NCBI GenBank assembly: GCA_965649825.1
Contig: OZ287710.1
Coordinates: forward strand, 62,001 to 126,000
Reading direction: 5' to 3'
DNA: 64,000 nt
Source of the DNA: Penicillus capitatus
Taxonomy: Eukaryota > Plantae > Chlorophyta
The notes below the pieces were generated by a model, which saw nothing but the letters and a program-made list of their open reading frames with translations, made no database searches and had not been told where the DNA came from. Below, in pieces: positions 12,852-27,800 of the stretch (position 1 is its first letter; each line of letters begins with the position of its first letter). The position numbers were made by a program, and so were the translations under genes.

Positions 12852-15800
12852 TTAGTGTACTGTGGTGGTACTCAGCTGGAACCATTGTCTCAGCAAATCG
12901 GCCATTGTACGTGGCAAGGCGATAATCTCATTCAAAACAATGTAATAAGGAAAGGGAAAATCATCTAGATACTTCATGAAGTGAGGCTCTCCAGCCTCGA
13001 AGCAAACGGTTGCGAGATCCAGGAGAGAATGCTCGGGATTGTCCAAAATAATAAAGGACACCATGACGCCGGGTCGGTGACAAAGTTCATAGGCATGTCT
13101 TTTGAGGACACTCTTTTCATGAAAACGGCCGTCTGCGATGATGACGACCAACTGATGGAGCTGTTGTTGAACGGATCTTGTTGAAAAATGCCTTCTTTCC
13201 GCCTTGTCCAAAATCTGCTGCAGGGATTCTAGGAGATGTACCATGGGCCGATCTTCGATGCGATTGTCCTGATCGAAGTGCATTCGGTCGATGATCTGTG
13301 GTCCATGGGCATCTGTGAATGGCATTCCCAGAGGATGCAATACCGTCTGTTTCCCGGAACCGCCAAAACTGAGGAGGCCCAATTCTCCCACGTCCAAACG
13401 CGACATGGCGCGTGTCATGAGTGTTAATGCCTCCAAGGCGAATGTCCCGAAGCCGTTTTCACTCATAGACTTGGAATCATCGATGGCCAGCAGTACCTGG
13501 TAGGTGCGTTTGTTCGGCTTTGTTCGTCTCAGCCAGATCTTGTCTTTGCGATACTGGCTGGCAACATAAGGAATCACACGTTTCATATTGATTCTCTTGC
13601 CTGCGTGACAGAGGGCAGAGATGAGATCAATTGTGTCAAGCATAGGGGATGCATTCCCGCACCTGTTCTGTAGTCTCCTGCTAGACGACTGGCGAGGGTT
13701 GGTTCCAGAACAAGGCACAGATGTTCGGTCAATTCAGATGCAAGGGCAAACGTCGCTGCTTGGCACCGATTCCATTTCTCCTGTGCCTTCGATAGGTCTT
13801 GCACAGAATCTGTGCCATCCACTTGATGGTGTTCGATCTCTGCTCTCGTATCCTCATGATCTTCCATTTCTCTTTCGCCATAAGGCAACGTCTGGTCCTT
13901 GTAACAAACTTGGCTTTCCATTGCAGACACTGGTTCTGGGCAACGGTCTTCGTCTTCATCAGCGATAGACATGTCATCACTCTTTTGATCACTTTCGGTC
14001 TCTTCCACTGGACGATTGGGTTCTTCATCGAGAAGCATCGACGGTATTGGCTGTATCGTTCTCAGCAATCGTTCACCCGACAGCTCTCCTGTTTTGGTTG
14101 CATCGATGTTTTCTTCGGGCTCCTCCTCTTGTCGGATCTTCTCGTTCTGCACGTCAAGCACCTGCTGCATCTGTTCTTCGGTGGCCGTTGCCAATGTCTG
14201 CATTGTGGCTGCGTTTTCTTGCCCTTCCAGAACAAACTCGAATTCCATTGCCTCCAATGATTGTTGATGTTGCTGTACATCTGCCATAACTTCTGCTCGT
14301 TCTTCCATTCCATGCATCGCATCTGTAACATTCAGGTGTCTTTTCCACTCTTCCAATGCATCTCCCAAGCTCCTGAGCGGATTGACTGACTCTTTGTGAG
14401 ATGGCTTCTCCTTGGATGCATTGTTTGATTCAGCATGCTGTGCAGAAGTCAATGCTCCATCTATACCCTCTCCAGAAGTGCCTAACGCAGATGGACCGCA
14501 TTCCGGTGCTGCATCATAGTTCTCCATGACCTCCTCTGCTCGCGAAGGGACATCCACAGACTGCTGTTGCGTACTCTCCTTCTCATGTGTCACGTCACCT
14601 TCTTGATACCCCGCAACAGCTGTTTCCTGAGAAGGCATTGTCGGATCACCTCTGACTCCATCTCCCTCGCTAATCTCAGTTCCTTCCCTCTCTTGTGGGG
14701 CGATCTCCATCTCACTCTCAGAAGAAACGGACAGTGAATCGTCTCCTTCGGATTTCTTATCCTTCGATTCTGTTGGTTGGCCATTATCGTTGTCATCCAT
14801 GTCCATCTGAGATCCTTGCTCGTCTGTCAGATTTTCGTCGTGGTTCTCTTCTCCTGCTTCTGGGTCGATGTCTGTCTGGGAATCCTCTTTCTTGCCTTCT
14901 TTCTCTTCCGTTTCTGCGAATTTCTGAATGGATGGCTCTTCTGACTCTGGCTCTTGAGAACCGGCTTCAGAATGGAGACTGTCTTTGTCGTCTCCCTCTT
15001 CACCATCAAGCTTCACATCTTCGGATATCTGCAATTCTTCTTCCTGTTCTTCAGGTTTCGTAAATCCAGGGTGAGGCGGACCCTCTCCTTCACTCATCTC
15101 ATCTCCGTCGCCGTTATCCCTCTCCTCCTCCTCTTCCATCGGATCTCCCCGTTCAATCGTATCTTCCTTACGGTTCTTTTCTTTCTCTGATTCCTCTTGT
15201 TTTTCATCCAGTCGTCCTTCCATGTATTCAGATGTGTCTCGACCATCTTCATTCTCTGCTTCAGAGGCATCCTGCGTTTCGCTGTCTTTTGGTTGGTCTT
15301 CATCCCACAGCCGCTCATCGACCGTTTCCCCTTCCTTACCGACCTTTCCCATTTGGTCATCCAATCGTTCTTCTCTTTCGTGGCCGCTGTCTGATTCACT
15401 CTGATCGCCCTCTTTCTCTATGTCTTCAAAACGACCTTCAAAATCGTCTTCCATTTCGATCCCTCTGACGTCTTCTTTGTCATTGGCTTCTGCTTGTTCT
15501 TCCTGATCTGCTGCTTTCTTTTGCTTTCCTGTGTTGATCTGATCTTGATGTTCGATTTCATCACTGACGTCTTTTCTACCTTGGCCATCGTCCATCCCTG
15601 TACCGTCCTCTTCTTCAAATTCCCCATCTCCGTCAGCCTCTTCTGCTTCGCCCTCTGGCTCCGTACAGAATCCCTCGTTTACCAATCCAAGGATGAGATT
15701 CATGGAGATATAGCACAGCTTGCATGTTTTGTGGTGATATTCAGTGAAAGACCGAAACAACTGTGAGAGATTTTTCAGCAAAACACGCCCCGAAGGTTGT

Positions 15801-18800
15801 ACACATTTTATCATCATTGCCAGAAGACGGGCAATTTGAACAAATGTCCTGCTCATATCTACCCTCTCCTGATTCTCTGTCCATCCAGTTTCGGAGATTT
15901 TGAGCAGCACTCCGAGCGATTTGTCGAAACACTGAGTGATCTCCAAAAGCCTGTCAAATCCAAAGCACTTAGATAACATCGATTGAATCGTAGAGAAGTC
16001 CGCCATCGTTTCTTCTTCGTCTTCTGCCGCGTTGGCATCAGGTTGACGATCATACTGAACTTGAATCCAGAGCATGGTTTTAATCAGAATGTTCTCGACT
16101 TCACATCGGAAATCTTCGATCTTTTGCTCATCGACATCGCTGGCAGCAGCACTTTTCGAACACAGGCCAGGAATCAAGAAACGCTCTGAATTATGAGCTT
16201 CAGATTCCAAAGAGTCCATAAGTTCCTTCCACAGAGGAATACAATCCGAAAAGCTGCATTGACGCACACCGATTTCTTCCAGCCGTTCTCTGGATAACTG
16301 TATCTGCTGTTTCTCTTTTAATTGCCGCCAAAGATGGACTATAGATTTGAAGTTTTCGACCAGAACTGCAACATCACGGTATGCTATCCCCGTCTGCCGA
16401 CTTCTATGGATGCTTTGAAGTGAGAGCCAGCATTTACTAACCGTAGCTTTCACGTCTTCGCACTGAAGCAAGCACGAATTCAGCAGATCCTGGTAAACAG
16501 GATGGTTCTCGACGTCTCTTACACTACAAAGCATCTTCTCCGCTTCAGTTGTCTTCTGATTCAGCCTACAGGCATATTGTTTTCAGATATCACGAAGGAC
16601 ACCAGGCCCACCTTCTTAGCATGTCCCACTGATGCTCGATCCAACAATGAGCGATGGACTGACAAGGGAAAGGAGGAAATGGTGGTTCTGTAGATGGCAT
16701 CATCATTTCTGACAGTTCTTCTATGGTGTCACTGCATGATGCTGCGGCGACCTCGTCCAAGAGACCATTTAATCTTGGCTCCAGTGCGAAGAACCCATTC
16801 AAGAGTTCTCTTTGCTTTCTCAGGATGTACAAGAAATATTCGGCAGAATGTGACAGAGACTGGATTTCTGACAGGGATAAATCCTTAGCTGGCTGTTTCT
16901 GCCCTTCCCAGATCCTCTGCATTCGATCTATACAACTGTAGTAGTATCTGTCGACTTTCTCAAAAACAGTGGGCGAAATCTGTCGACTGAATCTTGTGGC
17001 CTGTTCCGCTGTCAACTCTCCCTGTCCTAAAAACGATCTCCATTCCAAGACAGGTTTTTCAAACCAGCACCCAATAGACTGTTCATCTGCAAGTCACGTC
17101 AGCTCAATATGCCGTTTACTACAGAAATCATATCACCTTTTGGAATATCGGCCCTTCTTCTGGAAATTCCCAGTCCACGAAGAGTCTTTAAGTAATCCGA
17201 CAGTGCTTTCTTTTTGCGTCCACGTGATCCTTTACTCTTATCTTTCTGCAGTTTTTGAATCCGATCCAATATCCCACAGCTGATCGCTTCCAAATGCTCT
17301 CTGCCTTTTTCGAGCTTATCAAAAACGGGAGACTGCAATGCGAGTTCATGCATTCTCGAAAGAAGTCTGGGCAGCTGATTGAATCGAAGCTCGCGATTCT
17401 CCAATTTTAAGAGCTCTGCCATGGACACACCATTTCTCGACACTTCTTGAGCCATGCCTCGTAGCTCTTCCATCAAGGAATCACAAGTCAAAGGTCTCAG
17501 AGGCGGATCTTGCTGGCAGACGACGACAGTAGATGGACTGCTTTCGTCATCTACATGGCTCAATGCGACATAGCCTGCAGATTGCGACACTTGTGCAAAG
17601 GCTGAAGCGGCCGGTTGCCTCAGCACGTCCTCGGCTTTCTTGCAAAGACGGTGCAGTTTTCTCTGTGCGCGATCCCCTGCCGTCTTCATTGCTAGGTATC
17701 CACGATCTTCCCATTTCTGAAGTTTCACAAATTCCTGAAGCTCCTTCTCTATCTCATCCATTCCTCTCTTCAAAAGGTTGTCGACCAACGACCTGGTTTG
17801 CACCAGAATTTTACAAAGTCAAAGCAGAGAGAAACGAAAAACAAGTCAATTACTGGTGCTGACGATAATAGACGACCAAGTTGCCAAGGATACAGACCAG
17901 TTTTTCATCCCCCTGTCTCGTTTTGAAATGTGCTAAAAAGGCTTCGAGAATAGACATCCGCTCGGAGAATTCTCCCAAAGTTGATAGCGTCAGGTACTCT
18001 TCCAAAGAACACGTAACATCCTCGATCTACACAGAGAGAGCATCGTTTTCCATAGAGAACACATCGGGTCGACTTACATTCAGTGAAGTGTGTGCATCAG
18101 ACAAGATTCTGAGAATGTAGAACCACGTCTTGTGGGCTCCTGTTGCGTGTCTCTTCACCAAACGGTCCAGTGCAGTTTCCCAACTCTCCAATTCTATTCG
18201 CTGCCATCGAACAACCAATCCTGACACCTGTTTGAGTTCGCTGGCCAACGACACGAAAGAAGCCGCTGTCTCTTCCCATATCTGAGATCTGGCAAGCAGC
18301 AGCTCCAATCCTGTCAAGACTTTGCGAACGGGAGTCGTGATTGGCATGGAGAGGACTCTGATACAGATCTCTTTCAGTTGTGTGAGAATTGGATTCTCCG
18401 GCCATTCTTTCAGTAATGCATCGAGGCGAATTCGCAATGGAATGAGGCAGGAATGCGTCAATAGAACTTCCTCCAAACACGGTTTCTCGAGATCTAAAGC
18501 CTCTGACTGCCTATCTCTGGGCAAAGGACGTTTCGAAAGTGATCTGCACACGGAACAGAGATGATAGAGATGACCTAGAGAGAGTCCATCCTGCACAGGA
18601 TGCATAGGAACGATGAGGATGTACCTGATAGCGTCACTTCATCAAACCTCTTCGGTACGTTCCGGTCCAGTATTTGCAGCATGATCTGAGCAACCTTGTA
18701 GCGAATGTCATCGTCCAGATGTTCTTTGCTCTGCTTTGTATCCAATTCTTCAAACACCGAGCGATGTAGGAGAACAATATCTGTGAGAAAGGATCCATGC

Positions 18801-21800
18801 ATCAACGACTCGGATCGAGAAGATTGAGCCTGAGATGGCGTTGCTCTGCTGTGAGCATCGATTGGCATTTCATCCCATTCGAGCTCTTCGAGATCGAGAA
18901 AATCTTGATGGTGATCTGGAAACATGGCTCTGTAAGATGCTTCTTCCGCCTCTTCATCCGTTTCCATTCGGAGCGTCTGTGCACTAGTTTTGAACAGTTT
19001 TGCCTCCTCTTCTGCTTTGGAGTCCCGAAATGCATCGAGCTTCTCGAAAACGTGCATTAGGTTTCTGGCCAGTGTGCTGAATTTCGCCTCGGCTGTGGAC
19101 TGAAATGGTGTGTCCTTGAGACATCGGCAATGAAAAGTCGATACACAGAGAGCCACATGTAAGCACATTAACTGCATTTCGAATACAACAGCATCGGTGT
19201 CTGGCACCTGGAGAAAAGTGAGAGGACTGCCAGAGGTCTTAACGGAGAAGGTTACTTCTAAATCCGTGAATCTGTTAAAGAGGATACGGCCAATTTTCTC
19301 AACGGTGTCCTGCATCCCAAGATCAGACGCGTCATGATTCGGTATCACTGCCATCATCTCCTCTGCGCATTTCTCCATGAACGAACACTCAGGACGGACG
19401 CTTTGGACTCTTGTAAAGGATGCTATGGCACCGAGGCCATGACAGATCTCTAAGATCCCATGGAAAAATGGCTGAAGAATATCCATATACAGTGGGTGAT
19501 CTTTCTCTGTCTGGCGCATGAAGTTCTTGGATGTTTCGATCCAGTTGAGGCTTTGCGCAGTAATGGTATCCTTATCATCACATGCCTTGTCGTCGAGGCC
19601 TCTCATCAGTTCCTCAATTCTCTCCAATGTGCCTACGAAGCATGTCTTTGTGAGGCAGGGAATGTCGAAAGGCGCACCCTGAGAGGCCAAGTACTGATGA
19701 AGGCAGTGACAGAGTTCTTGATACTGAGACGGTTCTGGTCGGGCGACAGTTTGCTCGTTGAGTATCGCCACCTGAGCCTCGATCATATGGATGGTGTTTG
19801 ACAGCTCTTCAATCTTCTCTGTTTCGTCGAATCCTCCAGCAATGCTCTGGATGTCTTTTCGAATGGCCAGTTCAGGTCTCATGTCAGAGGCAAGAGTGAA
19901 CGATAGATGTCGTGCCTTGAACTGCTGCTTGGTGGCGGGGTCTACACCAACGGGAGGAATGGCCAGACGCATACGCAGATAACCCAGCAGTACCCATGCT
20001 TTGCCTAAGCAGACCAGTGCTCTGGCTGATCGGACTGGATGTGCCTTGACCAGCAGATGGCAACAAGGCAGATAACATGTCTCGGAGAGGGTAACCATCT
20101 CTGCATGATCACTGTGACCAAAATGAAGTGTTAGACATCTCAGCACATGCTGCATCGTATCATCTGCATCTTCAGAATCTCTGCTTTGCATAAAGCGGCA
20201 GAAATCACGAAGCAGCTGTTGAATGGCTGATCTGCTTGTCGATGGAAAACTGCTGAGATGTGCCCATAGGATACATGCCAAGCTAACGGCTATCTGATAA
20301 CGCATGTCAAAAATAAACTGTTGACTGGAGACACGATGTGAACGAAATGCACACAGCAGGTGTCTGGATGCCAGTTTGAGGTGCCTCAAAAAGCATGGAG
20401 CATCCAGGATTGAAGGCATCTCTCTTGTGCATGACGCTGCAGCAAACGTTAGACTTCCCTACAGACATGAGTGGTAGGTAACAGACATCGACATGGTCCA
20501 CTAAACCTGGTAGATAATGGCTGGTCCATCGAAATGCGTATCTGGAAAAGGCACCTGTGGTCCAAAGTGCTTAACGGAAGGCAGCGTGATTTGTGTCAGG
20601 GTTGTAGAAATCAGCCATTGATAGAGAGCATTCTGCATGAGACAACAACACGCATTTCGCCAGTCGATCTGAGGGGAATTGTCGTCCGATTCCTTTTGTG
20701 TGGCATCCAGGAGCCACAGGATATCTTGAAGGGCGGTCATGTAGCTGACAGGAAGGGCATGATGATCTGTGGCCTCTTGGATCTGCCATTTTAATTCATT
20801 AGAGATGTTCTGTGCATTGCTCTTGTTTTTGTCCTCGATTCCGCAAACACTTAGAAGCCACGGCAGCAGAAATGTCAGAGAACTTGTGGAGTGAACTGTT
20901 CGCTGTAGACAGCGGAGATGTGTTTGAAAGCCACGATTGGATGACGACTGCATGTACATGGGTGTCAAGAAGAGCTCGAAACTTCCACTTCTGCCGTCAG
21001 TGATCCGGCTTCCTTCATGTTGATCGACGAGTCTCTGTCGAGCGACTTGTATTTCTGAAAGAGTTAATTCTAGAGCTTCGCAAACGACAGCATCTGTCCC
21101 ATTCTCTGACGCACATGTGTATGCTGCCAACGATGAGATGGACAAAGCGCCCAACAACGATCTAAAGAAGCATGTCTATCGACCAGACACGAACAACCAT
21201 TGGTCCGTCCAGGTACCTTCTCAGATGAGGATCGTGCATCAGGCCTGTCAACAGAGCTAAGCAACGCTCTTCTTGAGTACCGCGCTCATGTTCTTCGATG
21301 TCCATGTTGACAGGATCGGCCTCTTCTAGCAACTTCAGTTCTCGGAGGATGGACAATTGTGTCGGATCCGCCATGCACGCATCGGGTTCTTCGCTGAGGA
21401 GAGCGCAGATATTGGCAAGCTTCAGATGATGGTGGGCTGTTTCAAGACATCGATGTTGTCTCGGATGGCCACCATGTTTCCACAACAGGGATTTGTGTGC
21501 CTCGATCTCTGGTAAACCGAACGCCGCATTCATGCCATCAGCGATCAATCTCCACCTGAGATACAGAGAATTAAACGAACCAGAGGAAATCGAGATAGGT
21601 TAACGGAACTTTGCCGAGAGGCTAGAAGACAAGGGGAACTTCGCTGCTGCTTTCGTAACGATCTTTCTCATTTTGACCCAAATATAGATGACAGTATCGA
21701 GAAACTCCTGCTTCAGCTGTTGTCCTGCCTTTACTGCCATCCACTGGTGCCAAAAATGACGAAGGTGCTTCAGCAGTGCCTCCAACTACACTGGCCCAAA

Positions 21801-24800
21801 GTCACACCATCCAGGACAAGCACATGTACCTCTGGCATGCTGTATTCCGTGACCCTTTGGTTGTTCCCGTGTGCGATTGCCGTCTCAATGTAATCATGAA
21901 AGAAAGAGAAGACAGGGAAGATCCATTCAATCAGCAGTGTGTGTGCGTGTTTGAAATTGTGTCGAAAATGCGTCTCTGTTGCTCGGATGTATGACAGCTG
22001 ATAGAAGGTGTTCTGTGTCAGGATCTCCAGATTTGCGTTCTTGCAACTGACAAGACCTTCGCACTGCAGCTGCAGATCCTTCATCAGCATCGTCAGAGAC
22101 TCAGAGGATAACCTCTGGTCTACAAAAACAATAGGAACCTCCAGTCCTAAGCACTCGCTCATAATCGACGCACCTGATGAAGCATTCTTCCAATAGGCTG
22201 GATCAAACGGAAGGAGCTTAGACCACGATGGATGGTTGCCTTGTGCAGAGCAAACAAAGTCTCGAAATAAACGGCTGCGACTTAGATTGTGTGCCATCTC
22301 GTGCAAGTGATACCAAATGGGCATCTGAAGACACACACTGTCGATGTAACGTCTTGTGACAGGGGCATACATGTAGACTCCAGTGCTGGATGTGCTGCAA
22401 CTGCTCTGCGTTCATTCTTGATATCACAATTCTGGGAGCAATCCATGCTTCATGTATTCCTGATTGATTGGCACCGTATTTCGATAGGATCAGGGTATCT
22501 CGAAACATGGATGAAGCCAAAGATGAATCTGCCATGGACGAAAGGGAAAGCGATCTCAGTATCCACAGTGGAGGACCCTTCTCTTTCTTCCGAGGGATGC
22601 TGACCTCAGAGCTTTCTCCAGTTCCTCTGTCGCTGTTGTGCTCGGCAAACATCTCCTCAACAACTGTCACATCATGTCTTTCCATACTGGGCTGATGGTA
22701 AACCTAGAGGCAGAAGAGAATCGGAGTCAGAGTATATTCTTCTTTAAATCATCCTCATGTATCATATTCACTAGCATTCATGTCATCATTTTTGAGAGCA
22801 TTGTCTGATCAGCGGTTTGGACATTAGAATCATGTTGACATCATTCGAAAGATGGTGATGTGCATCATCCCCTCAGACAGGCAAAGGCAATTGAGTGGTC
22901 AGAAGGAACAATTGTTTTTTGCATTTCATAGACAGGCCAGTCCAATCAAGTGTACAAACAAACTCATCATTCCTCGCCGTAAAGATGATGCACAAGGTCG
23001 AGAGCGATGGTATTGGTATTCGGAAGGTTATATACAGGGTTACCTCTTCATAGGCAGCACGAATGGCACATGCCGGATCGCTCCCTGCCTCTGAAAGATT
23101 CTTGAACAGAGAAATGGCCTGGAAGAGATCTCTGATGTTTGGTGTCTGTCCTGCCCAAGGCCTTGATGTCTCGAGATGCAAAGCGTGTGCTTTTGTTAGT
23201 GCTTCAACTGCCGATGTTTCGTGGACTTGCATGGCAGACTGTATCATCATTGGCAGATGCACAAATGTCTTTCTAAGGACAGAATCGGCGACGACACTAG
23301 AAATCTGACAGACAGCTCTGTCAAAAGAGATGTCTCAGTTCTCGGAGATGTACCTCGTTGGGCAGATAGGTTTCTAGGGAGCGATTTCTCATGGCTCTCG
23401 ATATCTCTCCATTCTTTGGATCATAGCTGAGAAACAGTCGAAAATCTGAATGCGGTTTGATAATGCGTGCTTCTCCATTGGTTCCTCCACATTCGTTGAG
23501 ATGGAGAACACCATCTGGCTCCATCACAGAATTCAGGCGATCTAACACTGTAGGATTGCAGAGATTGGCATGATCCAACAACAACCAATCGCCGTTCTCC
23601 ATGGCCTCTACCAATGCACCATCCACCCATTCAAAACAACCTGTTAAACATCCATCCCTTCACACTGCTGTGACATTCTCTTCTTGTGTTTACCAGCCGA
23701 GGTGCATTCGTTTGAATGAGAAAGAATGTCGTCTATCCTTGTTGAGTGACATTTCACCAGATCTATAAGATGCTGTGGAGCGTTGTCATGCTCCAGAAGG
23801 CTCTTGAGTTGTTGCAGGAAGGATGGAAGAAAATCGGAGAGCGATTCCACTTTCGCCTCGGCAAACCCTATTCGTTTTTCCATGTCGCTTCCAAACTCCT
23901 CTAGCCTCCCACTAAGCTCCAGAAACTGCAGGATGGCACCTGGATTTAATTCAGAAACGAGCTCGGCGAACAGGGTTCTTGTTAATGCTTCTGTCTCTTT
24001 GCAAGCCTGCACACCTGTATGCGATCCAAGAAAGAAAGGTTGATGGAGTTACTTTCAGCATGTGTCTGCTGTTCTCTCGTTTTTCAAATCCACCCAGCAA
24101 ATCACTGGAGTCGGTCCCTGGTGTTAAAGTGACTTCCACTAAATGCTGATGACATAATGCTGCCAAACAACGTACGAGGCATGTTTTTCCACTGCTCGAA
24201 GGGCCGACAATCAATGCTGGCCAATTCTTGACAACGCATACGGCCAACGATTCCAGAAAGGGCAAATGATGTTGGATAAGGAACAGATTTGCCAGCCGTT
24301 CTCCTGCACCTAAACGCAGTATCCCTTCTCACATAAATCGTCGAGATAAGGGACAGAGATGCATTTGGCATTTCATATCAGAATACGTGCATGTGTAATC
24401 ATCAATTGCTTTCATCCCCGAAAGATGGTTTCAAACAGTATCATCATTGCCGAAATGCACCATACATCCAATCCAACACTTACTCTGAGACATGCGTCGA
24501 AGATGCTGGTCTCCGATGACAATGCAGGATTCGGAGATCAGCATCCTTGGAGAGGAACACCGAAAAGCGGCGTTGAAGATTTCATGATACAAGGCGCTCA
24601 GAGATTGCCTAGAATGCATTCCTGTGTCAATTAAACGACACGTGGACCTGCAGACTGCATTGAACCTGTCTTCGTTCGAGCGAAAACGTCGACAGAACAG
24701 AATCTCTGCTGCCTTCATGAGATTTGATGCAACATCCGATGATCCTTGCGCCCCGTCTTCTACCAGTGTTGCCCATCTATGCACTCCTTTTATAGTAAAT

Positions 24801-27800
24801 GCGACAAAGTGTGACACCTTGCCTTAAAAAGTCTCGCAGATTGAATTCCCATGGACCACCACTGCTTCCCATTTTGCCGCTGGCGCAGAGTTGGCTAACC
24901 CGAGACAAAAACTGAACCATCCCATACAAGATTGGCGTATCGATTTGATTGCTGCACAGTGCCAATGCTATCTCTGTCAGATCGCTTTGCCGAAAAGGCT
25001 CGGCGTAGACTCGCGTAAATCTGTTCAGAAAGGACTTTGGGAGTCCCTTTCGCCCTCCTCCTTGACCAGTCGGATTCTGTGAGGCAAAAAGCCGAAAGGA
25101 AGCAGGACATGTGAATGTTCTATTCAGTTCGGGGACGAAGATCTCGGTTCGATGATCTGTTAGAGCGTTCAATCCTTCCAAGATCTGTTGATTGGCCAGA
25201 TTCAATTCATCGAGGAGTACCCAGTATCCACCCTTAATGGCACGGAGCAATGGTCCATCACACCAGCGAAACTGACCAGGTCTGCCGCCAGAAACGGGTA
25301 GATCTGCACCGAGGAGATCCATCATGTCTGTCTGTTCACTTAAGTTGATTCGGATCAGTCTATGGCCTGTCAAAGCGGCAAGGGCAGAAACCAAACTCGT
25401 TTTGCCAACTCCTGGACTGCCTTCCAGCAGGACTGGTTTCTTCAGCTGCATGGCACGGAGAAGACGAAAGACATTGCGCTTTGGAGTTGGCGCTGTCAGG
25501 TTATACTTGAGATCTGCGATGGGCTCATCAGATCCGAGAGGCAGGGCAAAGGGAGATAAGGCAAATACTCCTTGATGGACATGACACTCCAATCCTGTCA
25601 GATCTCCTTTAATTTGAGCCAGGGTTTCATCACAGTTAACAGGAATGAGTTCATGGAGGAGTTGGTGAGATCTGGTTCTCAAGCCTGAGATAACGTCTGC
25701 TCCTTGGGAAGCTAAAGACAGCTCCAAGCCGTCCAAAAAGACCATTGCTATCCCATGCAGCAAAGCTGGCCATTCTCCCAGCAATGTAGACATGCGATGG
25801 GTAAAGTCTGCGACAGAGAGCAGATCACGTATCGTGACGGTTGCATGCGTATCTGCTATCCATTTTCGGAACTGAGTCGTAAATTCTAAGAACGCGCAAA
25901 CTAAGGGACCCCTCGACGGCAGATCCTGCATATGGATTTCGAGAATCGGTCTAAGTTCAGAAGGATCGTCGATGGGAGGAACCCAGATCTGTGTAAAACG
26001 ATTTGAAAGGGCAGGGGAGAGTTCTTTCTTTCCGAAATCGCCTCCGGGATTCATTGTTGCCACGATTCTGAAGTCTGGATGGGCAGTGACGATTTCTGGC
26101 GGCTCTCCTCCCTTCTCGGCAAGTGTGAGCGTTCGTCCGACATCCAGCACACTGTTCATGCGTTCGAGCACGGCATCTTCTGCCAAGTTGAGCTCATCGA
26201 TGAGGATCATGTCTCCTTTCTTCATTGCCTCGACCAGCACACCATCCTCCCACAGAAACGGCATCTGCAAAGAAGCAACGAGAGATGCCAGCTTCTGATG
26301 TGACACATTCAGTTGCTTCAGAGTACATTGGTCTCTGGCGATCCTCCTCTTTTCCTTCTGTGAAAGGACATGCGATTGAGCTTTTGCATTCAGGGTATCT
26401 GCCAATGCCCTCAACGAACAAGCTTTCTCTTCGATCACAGAAGACAGCTCGTTGAAGGGCAGTATCTCGGTATCTGTGATCGGCATATCGATGTTATGTC
26501 TCTTCCATAAAGGATGCGTTTCAAAATGCGCCAGAACTTCTTGACATTGTCCTTTGAGATAGGACCGATCTCGCACTGGTCTGAATCCGCCCACAAAATC
26601 TGCCGTCTCTGTGTGCAGATGGCAGTTCAGGATATGGAGTTTCTGATGGTTCAGTCGAGCCAATTCCTGACAGACGCTTGTCTTGCCGGTTCCTGTATCT
26701 CCAATCAGCAGCACAGCTTCTTTCATTGTCAATGCTTTCTGCACCAACTGAAACATCCTCGTCGTCGAAGGGATCCACTCCAGTGAACAAACGGAGATGT
26801 GGTTCTGCGATGGTGGGACCGTGTAAAGCGTCGAAACATCGAGAGGCACTTTCATGGTCCTTGAAAGAACCTCCAAGACGGTTTGTTTCTCTGCATTGTT
26901 TCGCAGACGCTCGGCCAGTACGTAGTAGCCGTTCTCTGTTAATTGAGCGTAGCCATCCGCTGGCCGTTCTGCCCAGCGGAATAGATCACGGGCCGTGATG
27001 TATCCGTGTTTTCCTGCAAAGGCATTGCTCATCTGTCTCCTTCTCTGCAGTTCCCTCATGACAGTGATCATCTTTGTGGCGAAGCTGCGCGGAATCTCAC
27101 TCCTTTTCTCCAGAATCTCAGCGAGTTCTGAATCGGGAATGTCATCGATGTTCAGTTCAAGGAACCGACTGCGGAAAGCTCTGGAGAGATGTTTGCGTCC
27201 TGCATAGTGCATTGGCGGATTCTGTGTTGCAAAAAGCATGAAATGTGGATGCGGTTTGATTGTTTGCTGCAGATCTGGAACATAGAGTTCCCGATGATCA
27301 TCTAGTAGTCGATTCAATGCCTCCAGCACTTCAGATGGGGCTAGATTCAACTCATCCAACAGAATCCAATATCCTTTCCGCACGGCTTGGACCAAAGCTC
27401 CTTCCATAAACACAAGCTGTCCTGTCGAATCGGCAACGTAGCATCCCAAGTACTCCTGCAAATCTGTGTGTTCGTGGTTGTTCATACGTATCAGCTTATG
27501 ACCTAGACGCCACATCTGCTTCCTCTGTGTCCACGTGAGAGAGGGCCGAGTCACCTGTCTGCTCTGCCAGATGAGCAACCAGTGTCGTCTTACCACTGGA
27601 TGTAGGCCCTTGAAGGAGAATTGGATGGTTCCTAGATACAAAACGCGAGATCGGATGAGGCTGTTCTCGAGACGGTCGTCCTACCGAAGAACAACAGCTC
27701 TCGCAAGATTCTTGAGGTTTTCGGCGATGCTTGGTGTTACAACGAATTTCTTTCCCGTTGCACATCCATCCACTGGTATCTCTTCTGTTCCAGTTTCTAA

